A stretch of 64,000 nucleotides of DNA from Bacillota bacterium (lineage in GTDB: Bacteria; Bacillota; Limnochordia; DTU087): positions 14,141-78,140 of the forward strand of contig JAAYHH010000011.1 in assembly GCA_012735435.1 (NCBI GenBank), given 5' to 3'. Shown in pieces: positions 29,721 through 39,182 of the stretch. Position numbers and translations under genes: made by a program. Position 1 is the first letter of the stretch. Each line of letters begins with the position of its first letter. The notes beneath the pieces were generated by a model. That model saw only the letters and a program-made list of their open reading frames with translations, made no database searches and was not told the origin of the DNA.

Positions 29721-30647
29721 CTACTCGTTCCGGACATACCTGACACCATCGTAAAGAATCGATACCCTAAACTCCGGCGGACCGCTGAAGGAGACAGTTA
29801 CCGTCAGAATATAATCCTCCAGCAGCGGCTCCATTCGCCATCCGTTCTGGATAGTTAAGCTTGCTACCTGGTCTAGGCTTGCTGCCCCGGAAGACTGGAT
29901 GATGTCAATCCGGGTTGCTCTAGTAGACCCCTTGGGGACATAGGCATCCAGCTTCACAGTGCCTGCCAAGCCCTCGTTAATTGCATTCTTGGGGTACTGA
30001 ATCCGGCCACCGCCTGCTACCAGAGTGCTTGCCGCCGGCAGTGGAGGCAGTGGCGGTGGCGAAGGTGGTGTCGGTTCTGCCTCTTCATCGCTTTCTGTCT
30101 CGGATGAAGAACCGCCTGGTTCGCCGGCAGGGGCAGAATCGCCTCCAGCCATGACAGCATCTTGACCTTGCTCGCTGGTCAGGATTTGCTCCCCATTGCT
30201 GTCAGGCTGCGATAGAGCCTCTTCACTGGCTGCCGGATCCGGCTCAGGTTCAGGCTCAGGCACTACCCTGGTGTCAGGAGTCTTAACTTCCTCTTGGGGA
30301 GCCGGGGTCGTCTCCTGCGGCTTTGGTGCTGGCTCCGGTTCAGTCTTGGTTACCTCGGCCTTGGCAGTTTCAACCGGTTCCGGTTCTTCCTTCGGTGGCG
30401 TGGGTTCCTGACGACGGGGAGTTTGCTGCTGCGGCTGCTGCCTGACCGCTTGGGTTCTAGGCGCTGGCTGCTGGACCTCTACGGGTACAACAGAAATAAT
30501 ACCGCCGCCAGGACCTGCAAAAAGGCCGGGTCCAACCGCAAATTCCCAGCGGGGAAAGACAAAGAACAGCATTGCGTGAAGGATAAGCGAAATCAAGACA
30601 AAGGCTCCAAAGGAGCGGTCTGACTCATCTCCTGTATACATTGCCAC
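29721..30647 (-). CDS. TonB-like energy transducer (N-terminal TM, Pro/Glu-rich linker, TonB C-terminal domain)
   Basis: TM FGAFVLISLILHAMLFFVF; PEPEPEPDP/PKPQ linker; C-terminus GGRIQYPKNAINEGLAGTVKLDAYV...IDIIQSSGAASLDQVASLTIQNGWRMEP matches the TonB-C fold. Confidence 0.75.
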   Translation of the reverse strand: MAMYTGDESDRSFGAFVLISLILHAMLFFVFPRWEFAVGPGLFAGPGGGIISVVPVEVQQPAPRTQAVRQQPQQQTPRRQEPTPPKEEPEPVETAKAEVTKTEPEPAPKPQETTPAPQEEVKTPDTRVVPEPEPEPDPAASEEALSQPDSNGEQILTSEQGQDAVMAGGDSAPAGEPGGSSSETESDEEAEPTPPSPPPLPPLPAASTLVAGGGRIQYPKNAINEGLAGTVKLDAYVPKGSTRATRIDIIQSSGAASLDQVASLTIQNGWRMEPLLEDYILTVTVSFSGPPEFRVSILYDGVRYVRNE

Positions 30648-30691
30648 ACCACCTCCCCTCGGATTTGGCTGACGCCAAAGGGTGTACCATG

Positions 30692-31105
30692 CTACCTGCC
30701 CCGGGGTTCAACTGCAAGGCCAAAGCGATATCCTCCCAGCTGCCGAACAACATCCATTACTTGAACTATATAATCATAGCGAGCCTCCCGGTCAGCTTTA
30801 ATGACGACAAAAAGGTCCGGCCTTTTCTCCAATGCTTTGCCGACCTCTGACCTTAGAGTATTACTACTGACCTGACGCTCACCCAAGAACATCCGTCCAT
30901 CTTTAGCTACAGAAATGGTGATCTGGCTGCTGGCTTGTCTGTCCCAACTTGCCGCCTTGGGCAGTTCAAGATTCAATCCTGCTGGATGGGTCTTAAAGGT
31001 CGTAGCCAGCATGAAGAACACCAAAACAGAAAAAATAATATCAACCAGCGGCACTATTTGAATCGTTGGCTTTTTGTTGCGGACAGAGCGGCGGGCTATC
31101 ATCAC
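30692..31105 (-). CDS. exbD: biopolymer transport protein ExbD/TolR
   Basis: 137 aa; IQIVPLVDIIFSVLVFFM N-terminal TM typical of ExbD/TolR; 4-nt overlap with exbB. Confidence 0.8.
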   Translation of the reverse strand: MMIARRSVRNKKPTIQIVPLVDIIFSVLVFFMLATTFKTHPAGLNLELPKAASWDRQASSQITISVAKDGRMFLGERQVSSNTLRSEVGKALEKRPDLFVVIKADREARYDYIVQVMDVVRQLGGYRFGLAVEPRGR

Positions 31106-31743
31106 ACATCACCCCTCGCCTCAAAGATGGCCAACAGCTCCGAAGAGCGTTTGTTGATATCAACCACTAGGCGGTCGATTAATCCCGAAAGGTAAGAATA
31201 AATCAGAGTACCCGGAATGGCGATTACTAAGCCGGTTGCAGTTGTAATTAGGGCTTCTGCAATTCCTGTGCTTAAGGCAAGGGTATCATCTAAGCCGCCA
31301 ACCGCTGAAATCACTTGAAAACTATTGATAATACCTGTTACTGTACCTAAGAGACCAAGCAACGGTGCAGCGGTGATGATTGCATCGAGAAGTCCCAGCC
31401 GGCGTTCCATACGGAAGACCTCTTCATAGGCCACTTCTTCCAAGCGCTCTCGGATAAACTGCTTGTCCTTATCATAATGGGCTATCCCCGCCGCCAGTAC
31501 AGCCGCAACCGGGCCTCTGGTTTTCTTTGCTATCTGGATAGCTTCCAGGATTTTGCCTTGCTGAAGAGCCAGTTTAATGTCATCCATCAAATCCTCTGTA
31601 TCTACTCGACAGCGAAGCAAGTAGACCAGCCTTTCGAGAGAGACAGCTACCATCAATACAGAGCAAAGCAGCAACGGGATCATTACCGGGCCGCCCCGAA
31701 TGATCAAATCCAGCATTCTATATACCTCCACTCCGTCCCACAT
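31102..31743 (-). CDS. exbB: MotA/TolQ/ExbB proton-channel protein
   Basis: 213 aa; three TM helices; LLGLLGTVTGIINSFQVI and TTATGLVIAIPGTLIY ExbB/TolQ signatures. Confidence 0.8.
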   Translation of the reverse strand: MWDGVEVYRMLDLIIRGGPVMIPLLLCSVLMVAVSLERLVYLLRCRVDTEDLMDDIKLALQQGKILEAIQIAKKTRGPVAAVLAAGIAHYDKDKQFIRERLEEVAYEEVFRMERRLGLLDAIITAAPLLGLLGTVTGIINSFQVISAVGGLDDTLALSTGIAEALITTATGLVIAIPGTLIYSYLSGLIDRLVVDINKRSSELLAIFEARGDV

Positions 31744-31930
31744 TCATTGGGTAAGACTATTCGACAATCAGGTACCATATCCTTCCTGGCTATTCCCTTG
31801 AGAAACTCCCACGAGAATTTCCTCTAAAGGCCTACGTGCTTCCCTGATTTTCCCCTCTTGGCATTTTCGACAAGGCAAGAGACAACTCCTGCCGTCAAAA
31901 GTCCATCTGAAACAAAGAAAGACGTGGATA

Positions 31931-31960
31931 TGAATAGGGAAATGTCCCCAGGATATGCTA
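31931..31960 (+). promoter_or_regulatory. forespore sigma-G/sigma-F-type promoter (TGAATA-17 nt-TATGCTA) upstream of the SASP gene
   Basis: -35 TGAATA at 31931-31936, -10 ATATGCTA at 31953-31960, resembling the sigG consensus TGAATA-N17/18-CATACTA. Confidence 0.5.
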
Positions 31961-31997
31961 CCATCAAGATGCTTTTCGACGGGAGATGGGATCTATA

Positions 31998-32213
31998 ATG
32001 GATAGGGAATTAGAAGCAGTTCGGGATCGAGCCATGGACCAGCTCAAGCATGATTTAATAAAAGAGATGGGCTTGTGGGACCTAGTGCAGACCGAAGGCT
32101 GGGGAGCACTGCCGGCCAAGGACTGCGGCCGTATCGGTGGGAAGATGGCAACGAGGCTCAGCCCCAACATCCTCCGGAAAATAGCTGACATGAGCCAAAC
32201 ACAGGGCAAGTAG
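31998..32213 (+). CDS. alpha/beta-type small acid-soluble spore protein
   Basis: 71 aa; SASP pattern LDQLKHDLIKEMG ... GRIGGKMATRLSPNILRKIAD (K.EIA.E.G / GG.M..RLV); RBS GGGAGATGGG. Confidence 0.75.
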   Translation: MDRELEAVRDRAMDQLKHDLIKEMGLWDLVQTEGWGALPAKDCGRIGGKMATRLSPNILRKIADMSQTQGK

Positions 32214-32240
32214 GAAGCGGGCTGTTGATGGCAACAAAAA

Positions 32241-32266
32241 AGGCGGTGACCCTGTCGTCTACCGCC
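32241..32266 (-). terminator. rho-independent terminator downstream of the GNAT gene
   Basis: hairpin GGCGGTGACCCTGTCGTCTACCGCC followed on the minus strand by UUUUUU. Confidence 0.5.
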
Positions 32267-32278
32267 CTGGGGATCTTC

Positions 32279-32845
32279 TCAGCCTGCCAAGAGCCTGTAC
32301 TGGGGATGAATTTCATAAAATTCGTCTCTTAGGATGCGCATCAAATAGATTTCCCTCAGCTCCTCGGAACTCCGTGTTCGAATGAGCTTACCCTCTTTCT
32401 TAAATCCGGCCTTCTCATAACAGCGAATCGCAGGGCGATTGGTGCTGGCGACACGCAAGTATACGCGGGAAAGCTTCATTTCACCAAAGGCATAACACAG
32501 GAGGGCTGTAACGCTCTCCAATCCATAACCTTTTCCCCGATAATCACCTTCGCCGATGCGGATTCGAAGCTCTGCATCGCCGCTGCGCCAGGCAATGTGG
32601 TCTAACTCAATATCACCGATGGGAACTCCATTTCGGGTGGTAATTACCAGCCGTCGGATATGGCGGTTGCTGCGCTGTTTTTCATACCACTCCTGACAAT
32701 CCGCCAGGGTTTCAGGATAACCATCATCCTCCATATAATGTCCTACTTCTGGGTCCTTGGTCCATTTAACTATCTCGGGAAAATCCGACGGCATAATCGG
32801 CCGGAGGATGATCCTCTCCCCTTCAATTTTCATGTCTGCTGCCAC
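32279..32845 (-). CDS. GNAT family N-acetyltransferase (RimL-like)
   Basis: 188 aa; GNAT core around IGDIELDH...RIRIGEGDYRGKGYGLESV. Confidence 0.75.
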   Translation of the reverse strand: MAADMKIEGERIILRPIMPSDFPEIVKWTKDPEVGHYMEDDGYPETLADCQEWYEKQRSNRHIRRLVITTRNGVPIGDIELDHIAWRSGDAELRIRIGEGDYRGKGYGLESVTALLCYAFGEMKLSRVYLRVASTNRPAIRCYEKAGFKKEGKLIRTRSSEELREIYLMRILRDEFYEIHPQYRLLAG

Positions 32846-33014
32846 CTCTTTGCCTACAGCATCTGCTGCGTTGTTTAAGCCGCGAAATCTGGTTCGTCTA
32901 CAGTTACTAGCGGGCGATTCCTAAGTTAAGGCTTCTACTTAGATTTCTACTTAATCAGAGCCTAACCTTTAGGCAATAGCAGCCAGTCATGCCACGTGAC
33001 AGCAAAGGTGACAA

Positions 33015-33779
33015 CTATTCCATCAGGGACTCCCGCAGTAGGCCGGTAATCCGTTTCTCCAGTCTTGATACCTGCCCTTGGGAAATCCCCAGCATTTCCG
33101 CCACTTCAGTTTGGGTTCGCTCTTGTATAAAACGCAGGACCACAATGGCCCGATCCCTGGGGGACAGCTCCTCACAAGCCTGCTTCAGGGCGTAGTTTTC
33201 TATCCACGTGTCCGATTCCGGCTCTACTCCCAGCTTGTCTTCCAGATGAAGGGCGCTTTCACTGTCTTCGTGAATGACTTCGTGGATGGATAGTATAGGA
33301 GCCACTGCCTCCAAGGCCTCAACTACTTCCTCCCGCTCCATGCCCAGTAAGTCACCGATTTCCCCTGGGGTTGGCGCTCTGCCCAAGCGCTGCTCCAAAC
33401 TATCCCTTGCCCTGATGGCTGCCGCGGCTTTCTCCCGCAAGGTACGGCCAAGCTTAATAGCCCCTTCCTCCCGGAGAAAGCGGCGGATTTCCCCCATGAT
33501 CACCGGCACCGCATAGGTGGAGAATTGAACACCGTAGGAAAGATCAAAGTTATCAATTGCTTTGACAAGTCCGATGCAGGCTACCTGGAACAAATCATCA
33601 AGTTCTCCTCTGCCGCTGAAGCGCTGAGCGATGGACATGGCCAGCCGCAGGTTGGCCTCAATCAGCTGCTCCCTTGCTTCAGCATTGCCAGCCTGTGCTT
33701 CAGCCAGCAGGCTCTGGACTTCCTCTGAGGTTAAGCTCAAAGCTGGAGGCAGTTGGATCTTGCCTGAAGGCTCTTGCAT
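33015..33779 (-). CDS. sigF: sporulation sigma factor SigF
   Basis: 254 aa; near-colinear with B. subtilis SigF (DLFQVACIGLVKAIDNFDLSYGVQFSTYAVPVIMGEIRRFLRE, SQGQVSRLEKRI); directly follows spoIIAB. Confidence 0.9.
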   Translation of the reverse strand: MQEPSGKIQLPPALSLTSEEVQSLLAEAQAGNAEAREQLIEANLRLAMSIAQRFSGRGELDDLFQVACIGLVKAIDNFDLSYGVQFSTYAVPVIMGEIRRFLREEGAIKLGRTLREKAAAAIRARDSLEQRLGRAPTPGEIGDLLGMEREEVVEALEAVAPILSIHEVIHEDSESALHLEDKLGVEPESDTWIENYALKQACEELSPRDRAIVVLRFIQERTQTEVAEMLGISQGQVSRLEKRITGLLRESLME

Positions 33780-33791
33780 AGTGCTCTCTCC

Positions 33792-34238
33792 CTAAGAATG
33801 CACTCGGGCCTGAGTCGGTGACTTGATCATGAACAAAGAGGTTCCTCTACCCGGCTCTGAATCGATCTCCAGCTTGTCCATGTATTCCCGTACAAAGACA
33901 AGACCCAGCCCCATTCGTTCTTCCGGTTCTGTGGTAAAAGCTGGTTCCAAGGCCTGTTCTACATCGGCTATACCGCGCCCCTCGTCCTTCACCGTTATTT
34001 CCAATCGATCATTGGTCAGCCGGCAGGTAACGGTGATCTCGCCCTCCGTGCCCTTATAGCCGTGGATCACCGCATTGGATACCGCTTCCGATACTGCAAT
34101 CTTGATCTCATCAAGTTCATCGAGGGTAAACTCCAGCTGTGATGCGAAGAGAGCAACAGCGGTTCGGGCAAAACCTATGTTGGCCGCCTTGCTGGGAAAC
34201 CGCATTACCACCTTGTTTTCGACAGTTTCCATCATCAT
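33792..34238 (-). CDS. spoIIAB: anti-sigma F factor SpoIIAB (GHKL kinase)
   Basis: 148 aa; AVSEAVSNAVIHGY N-box, G-box GLGLVFV; 4-nt overlap with spoIIAA. Confidence 0.9.
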   Translation of the reverse strand: MMMETVENKVVMRFPSKAANIGFARTAVALFASQLEFTLDELDEIKIAVSEAVSNAVIHGYKGTEGEITVTCRLTNDRLEITVKDEGRGIADVEQALEPAFTTEPEERMGLGLVFVREYMDKLEIDSEPGRGTSLFMIKSPTQARVHS

Positions 34239-34582
34239 CTTCCCCCAATCTGAGCCAGTGCTTGTTCTTCAGTATCGGCAAACTGCATAATCCGTTCCAT
34301 GCCGGCCATTCTCAGCACCCGCCGTACTGGATCCACAGCCTTAAGGGCTACCACTTTCCCTGCCCGGGCTTGAATCTGTTTGTACCGCCCCAAGAGAACT
34401 CCGAGACCTGAACTGTCGATAAAGTCAACATTCTCCAGATCCCAAATCAAGTGATGAACCTTGGAATTCTCCGCCAAGGCCGCGTCCACCCGTTCCTTGA
34501 CCTCAGCAGCCGTAGCTAGGTCCAGCTCGCCTCCTAAAGATACAATCAATGCCCTTCCCTTCCGCCTAATCTCTATATCCAC
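34235..34582 (-). CDS. spoIIAA: anti-sigma factor antagonist SpoIIAA (STAS)
   Basis: STAS motif DLENVDFIDSSGLGVLLGRYKQ; probable GTG start at 34582 with RBS GGAGGGG; the ORF track starts at a TTG at 34597 with no RBS. Confidence 0.85.
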   Translation of the reverse strand: MDIEIRRKGRALIVSLGGELDLATAAEVKERVDAALAENSKVHHLIWDLENVDFIDSSGLGVLLGRYKQIQARAGKVVALKAVDPVRRVLRMAGMERIMQFADTEEQALAQIGGR

Positions 34583-34825
34583 CCTCTGCCCCTCCAAAAA
34601 TTAATGCAACCAAAGCAACTGCAATAAAAGTTAGGTGTCCGTTAAATGTATTTTCACGCACATCTGATAAATTCCTGCTAGACAGCTAAACCGTTGCTGC
34701 AAGTCGCAGCAAGCAGTCCAGCCAAAAGCAGAAAGAGGAGCCTCTAAGCTCCTCTTTGCACTTAACTGCCTTATGGGCACTATTAGTTGCAGTAATTATG
34801 CCCTGTCAAGGACCTTGGTCCCAGG

Positions 34826-36091
34826 TTATCGATTAGGCGATTGGCCCGGCACGATGCTTTGCAGCAGCCGTTTGGACATTCTAAGCAGCATTTGAACTAT
34901 ATTGGCCCTTTCCACATCACTGTCAGCCACTATTTCCACTCTGGCAATCTCCATGCCGCTGCGTTTTACCACCAGCTCACCTAAAACTTCGCCTTTCCGT
35001 AAAGGCGCAACCAACTCTTTTTTCCAATCAATTTCCCGGGTCAATTCTCCTTGACTGCCCCTGGGCACGCCCACGGTAAGTTCTTCTACAGTACTGACAG
35101 ACACCTTTTCTTCTTTACCCCATGAAACCACCGCCTCCCCCAGGGGTTCCCCCGGCCGGGCAATAGTTACCGGCTCATAGGTGCGAAAACCGTAGTCCAG
35201 CAAGGTCACAGTGTCCTTTCTGCGAGCCTCCTTGGTAGGAGCACCAAGGACCACTGAAATCAGCCGCATGCCGTCTCGCTCTGCTGTGGCCGCTAAACAG
35301 AAACCCGCTTCTGATGTCATGCCGGTCTTAATGCCGTCTAAGCCCGGATACCCGTAGCGTCTACCGGACTGCAGAACCCGGTCAAGGAGCTCATTGAGGG
35401 TATATAGGTGGGGTTTGCCCGTGGTGTCGGGACGCATGGTATATTCATGGGTCGACACCAGCTCAATCAGGTGGGGAACCCGTACGGCATGGCGGGATAG
35501 CAGTGCCAAATCATAGGCAGAGGAGTGGTGCTCTGCATCCAAGCCCAGGGTCCTGGGGGGCAGTCCGCTGGCATTGCTGAAAACTGTATTCTTCATCCCC
35601 AGCTCCTGTGCCCTGCGGTTCATCTCGGCTGCAAAATTTGCTTCAGAGCCTGACAAATACTCCGCTACAGCGACAGCGGCGTCATTTGCAGAACCCACTG
35701 CAATGGCGTAGAGCATGTCTTTCATCGTCATTTGCTCTCCGACTTCCAGCCAAATCTGGGAGCCTCCCATATTGGCAGCATATTCACTGGTGGTAACTAT
35801 ATCATCGAAAGAGGCCTTGCCAGCTTCTATCGCCTCTAGTGCCAGCACTAAGGTCATTATCTTGGTGATACTTGCCATGGGAAGAGGAAGATGCATGTCT
35901 TTTTCGTATATCACCTCGCCTGATCTGGCCTCCATAAGGACAGCTGCCTTTGCCGAGATGTCGAGTTCTTGGCCCCGGACTGGCACGACACCAAGGGTGC
36001 TAAGGCAGAGTGCAGTCAGCAAGATGATAGCGGCGGTTCTCTTCTGGACAAATGGCAATTGAATCCCTCCTCTGCCATATCTCTTCTGCAT
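34826..36091 (-). CDS. dacF: D-alanyl-D-alanine carboxypeptidase (DacF-like, sporulation)
   Basis: signal peptide; SxxK active site (ASITKIMT), SGN and KTG motifs; upstream of spoIIAA as in B. subtilis. Confidence 0.85.
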   Translation of the reverse strand: MQKRYGRGGIQLPFVQKRTAAIILLTALCLSTLGVVPVRGQELDISAKAAVLMEARSGEVIYEKDMHLPLPMASITKIMTLVLALEAIEAGKASFDDIVTTSEYAANMGGSQIWLEVGEQMTMKDMLYAIAVGSANDAAVAVAEYLSGSEANFAAEMNRRAQELGMKNTVFSNASGLPPRTLGLDAEHHSSAYDLALLSRHAVRVPHLIELVSTHEYTMRPDTTGKPHLYTLNELLDRVLQSGRRYGYPGLDGIKTGMTSEAGFCLAATAERDGMRLISVVLGAPTKEARRKDTVTLLDYGFRTYEPVTIARPGEPLGEAVVSWGKEEKVSVSTVEELTVGVPRGSQGELTREIDWKKELVAPLRKGEVLGELVVKRSGMEIARVEIVADSDVERANIVQMLLRMSKRLLQSIVPGQSPNR

Positions 36092-36151
36092 TCTTTCTTC
36101 TGCTGCTACATTTTATAAGCTATGTCTTGGCGGCTGTGGTTATGCCGGGAC

Positions 36152-37468
36152 TTACCTGGAAACACGAGCCAAGATCAGAGAAAGGGGCTTAGTCGGGAGA
36201 TCCCCTATCTCAATGGAAGCCTCTACCTTTCCAACAGCAGTTTCAACTACTTCAGGGGTAGGTCCATAGACCTTTGCTATCACCTGTCCTGCTTCGATTT
36301 TATCGCCTACCTTCACCATTATTTCTAAACCTGCACTTAGGTGAATGTCGTCCTCTATCCGCTGCCTGCCAGCACCCAGCTCCATGGCAATTAAGCCGAT
36401 CTTCTTGGTGTGTATGCGGGTGACATAACCAGATTTCGGCGCAACAGCATCTGAACATACCGGTGCCTGAGGCAGAAGTCCAGGCTCTTCGATAATCGTG
36501 GGATCACCGCCCTGCGCTGCAATCATTGCCCGGAATTTTTCTATCGGCAGACCCTTCTCCATGACCTCCACCAGCAGGTGCCGGCCTTCTTCGGGGGTGT
36601 TTGCTTTCTCTGCCTGAACCAACATCTCGGCTCCCAAGGCCAAGCAGAGTTCAGTCAAATCCTCAGGACCCGCTCCCTGGAGGGTAGCGATGGCTTCCCG
36701 GACCTCCAGGGCATTGCCGACGGCATAACCCAAGGGCTGATCCATATTGGTGACTAAGGCTGTAGTGCGGCGTCCGGTCTTGGCTCCGATATCCACCATG
36801 GTCTCTGCCAAGAGCTTCGCCCTAGATAGCTCCTCCATGAAGGCTCCGCTGCCTGCTTTCACATCTAAGACGATGCGGCTTGCTCCAGCGGCTATCTTCT
36901 TGCTCATAATGGAGCTGGCAATCAAGGGGATGGAATCTACCGTGGCGGTTACATCCCGGAGAGCATACAGCTTCTTATCAGCCGGCACTAGATTGCCGGT
37001 CTGCCCCACAACGGCAAGTCCAGCTTCTTCAACAGCTCGAATAAACTCCGTTCTGGTCAAATCGAAGCGAAATCCCGGGATGGAACTCAGCTTGTCCAGG
37101 GTGCCGCCGGTATGTCCCAACCCGCGCCCCGACATCTTGGCTATTTTGACTCCGGCTGCCGCAACCCACGGAAGCAGTACTAAGGTGGTCTTATCCCCTA
37201 CTCCCCCGGTGGAGTGCTTGTCTACCAGTTCGTCTCCAAACTCCGGCCACGTCAGTAATTCTCCGGAGTCGACCATGGCCATGGTAAGTTCTGCAGTGGC
37301 TTCTGCGCTCAGTCCCTTGAAGTAAACAGCCATACACCAGGCCGCCATCTGGTAATCTGGTATGCGGCCCTCTGTATATCCATCGATCAGGAATCGAATT
37401 TCCTCCCGGGAAAGCCCAAGGCCGTCCCGGGTCTTGGTAATGATATCATACACCCTCACGGCATTCAC
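36152..37468 (-). CDS. pdp: pyrimidine-nucleoside (thymidine) phosphorylase
   Basis: 438 aa, colinear with B. subtilis Pdp (DKHSTGGVGD, KMSGRGLGHTGGT, SIPLIASSIMSKKIAAGA). Confidence 0.9.
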   Translation of the reverse strand: MNAVRVYDIITKTRDGLGLSREEIRFLIDGYTEGRIPDYQMAAWCMAVYFKGLSAEATAELTMAMVDSGELLTWPEFGDELVDKHSTGGVGDKTTLVLLPWVAAAGVKIAKMSGRGLGHTGGTLDKLSSIPGFRFDLTRTEFIRAVEEAGLAVVGQTGNLVPADKKLYALRDVTATVDSIPLIASSIMSKKIAAGASRIVLDVKAGSGAFMEELSRAKLLAETMVDIGAKTGRRTTALVTNMDQPLGYAVGNALEVREAIATLQGAGPEDLTELCLALGAEMLVQAEKANTPEEGRHLLVEVMEKGLPIEKFRAMIAAQGGDPTIIEEPGLLPQAPVCSDAVAPKSGYVTRIHTKKIGLIAMELGAGRQRIEDDIHLSAGLEIMVKVGDKIEAGQVIAKVYGPTPEVVETAVGKVEASIEIGDLPTKPLSLILARVSR

Positions 37469-37477
37469 CCTTCCCCT

Positions 37478-38674
37478 TTACTCTAGCCTGGCGGCCAAGA
37501 GATTCCAAAAACTGGTGCCTGGTCCCTCCCAAGAAAGGCCGAAGAATTCGGTGATGGATGCACCTACATCGGCAAAGGTCTGCCGGACTCCAACGGGAAT
37601 ACATCCGGTGAGGCGTTTACTGGTCACCAACAAAGGCACATACTCCCGGGAATGATCTGTACTCTCTGTTGTTGGATCGCAGCCGTGATCCGCGGTAATT
37701 ATGAGAAGATCACTGGGAGCCAGCTTTTCCAAAATAGGTTCCAGCTTGGAATCCAGCTCCTCAAGGCCCCTGGCGTAGCCTTCTGCATCGTTCCTATGTC
37801 CCCACAGTGTGTCAAAATCAACAAAGTTGGCAAAGATGAGGCCCTCATCCCGCAGCTCATCCATGGCCTCAAGCACTGCTTCCTGAACCTCATTGTTGTT
37901 GTGGGCCGGAAAAGCCTTGGTAATACCTCTGCCTGCGAAAATATCGGGAATCTTGCCGATGCCGTAAACAGCATAGCCGGCCTCCTTCAGGCGATCCAGT
38001 ACGGTGGGTCTTACCGGAGGCAAGCTGAAATCCCGGCGGCGATCGGTCCTTTGAAAGGCACCGGGTTCCCCGATAAAGGGCCTGGCTATGACCCGACCAA
38101 CTCCATGCTCACCCTGCAGCAGTCCTCTGGCTATTTCACAGAGCTCATACAGCCTGTCCAAGCTGATGACCTCCTCGTGGGCTGCAATTTGGAACACGCT
38201 GTCTGCCGAAGTGTAGACTATGGGGAAGCCTGTTGCCATATGCTGTTTCCCCAGCTCTTTAATAATTTCAGTGCCGGATGCCGGCTTGTTCCCTAGAACC
38301 CTTGTGCCGATCAGCTCTTCAAAGGCGCTGATTATTTCCTCGGGAAACCCATTGGGATAGACCGGGAAGGGCCTGTCTAGAATAACTCCCATTATCTCCC
38401 AATGACCGGTGGTTGTATCCTTGCCGGGAGACTTTTCTGCCATTTTGCCCCACGCTGCCTTGCAGGCTTTGTTGGGATTAACCCCTGTGATGGGCACGAT
38501 GTTGCCCAGTCCCAATTTCTCCAGGTTAGGCAGATGAAGCCCTCCCACTGCCTCAGCCACATTGGGCAAAGTAGCACTTCCTTCATCGCCGTATTCTGCG
38601 GCATCCGGCAGCTCGCCAACTCCTACGCTGTCTAAAATCAAGACTATGATTCTGCGCTTGTCCATACTGTCCAC
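37478..38674 (-). CDS. deoB: phosphopentomutase DeoB
   Basis: 398 aa; N-terminus [16 protein letters not shown] and metal-binding TADHGCDPT motif. Confidence 0.9.
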   Translation of the reverse strand: MDSMDKRRIIVLILDSVGVGELPDAAEYGDEGSATLPNVAEAVGGLHLPNLEKLGLGNIVPITGVNPNKACKAAWGKMAEKSPGKDTTTGHWEIMGVILDRPFPVYPNGFPEEIISAFEELIGTRVLGNKPASGTEIIKELGKQHMATGFPIVYTSADSVFQIAAHEEVISLDRLYELCEIARGLLQGEHGVGRVIARPFIGEPGAFQRTDRRRDFSLPPVRPTVLDRLKEAGYAVYGIGKIPDIFAGRGITKAFPAHNNNEVQEAVLEAMDELRDEGLIFANFVDFDTLWGHRNDAEGYARGLEELDSKLEPILEKLAPSDLLIITADHGCDPTTESTDHSREYVPLLVTSKRLTGCIPVGVRQTFADVGASITEFFGLSWEGPGTSFWNLLAARLE

Positions 38675-38891
38675 CCCTGGTCCCAGAATCCCTAGGGGCT
38701 GGTGTCCTCCTCTCTATCAACGTCTAGACACCGTTCTTCCAGCAGTACCCCTTTTGATTAATTATAGCCCCAAGGTTAGAGTCCCTTGCAGTGAATGAAG
38801 GCATCTGACTGCTTGCCATCATACCATTGACACTTCTGTAAACACTTCTAGGCCGCCGGCTGGTTACCTGCTCCAGGACCGCCCTGGATTT

Positions 38892-39146
38892 TTACCACCA
38901 AGCCGCAAAGAAAGAAGCCGCAAGTGATACCTGCGGCTTATCCAGGAGTCTGCAGCTTGAAGGCAAGAACTCCTCCGGCAAGATGGGCGGTTCGGTCTCT
39001 TCCTTGTCAACTCTGGGCCAACCGCTGATTAGCCAAAGGGCGAGGATGATAATCACCAAAATGATCAGCGGTTTGGCAACTGCCCTTAGGCGCCGGCCTA
39101 ATCCCCGCAAGGAGATCACCCAAATCACCGCTATCCCCCATTTCAC
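38892..39146 (-). CDS. small membrane protein (doubtful)
   Basis: 84-aa ORF with two hydrophobic stretches; no other support. Confidence 0.2.
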   Translation of the reverse strand: MKWGIAVIWVISLRGLGRRLRAVAKPLIILVIIILALWLISGWPRVDKEETEPPILPEEFLPSSCRLLDKPQVSLAASFFAAWW

Positions 39147-39182
39147 CCAAAAATCTTGGAGAACTACTGCCGGAGCGGTTGA

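Noticed and set aside
30196-30623. Gly/Ser-rich plus-strand ORFs and apparent nucleotide repetitiveness inside the tonB-like gene
   Set aside because: Reflects the Pro/Glu-rich linker of TonB read in other frames; not a tandem DNA repeat or mobile element.
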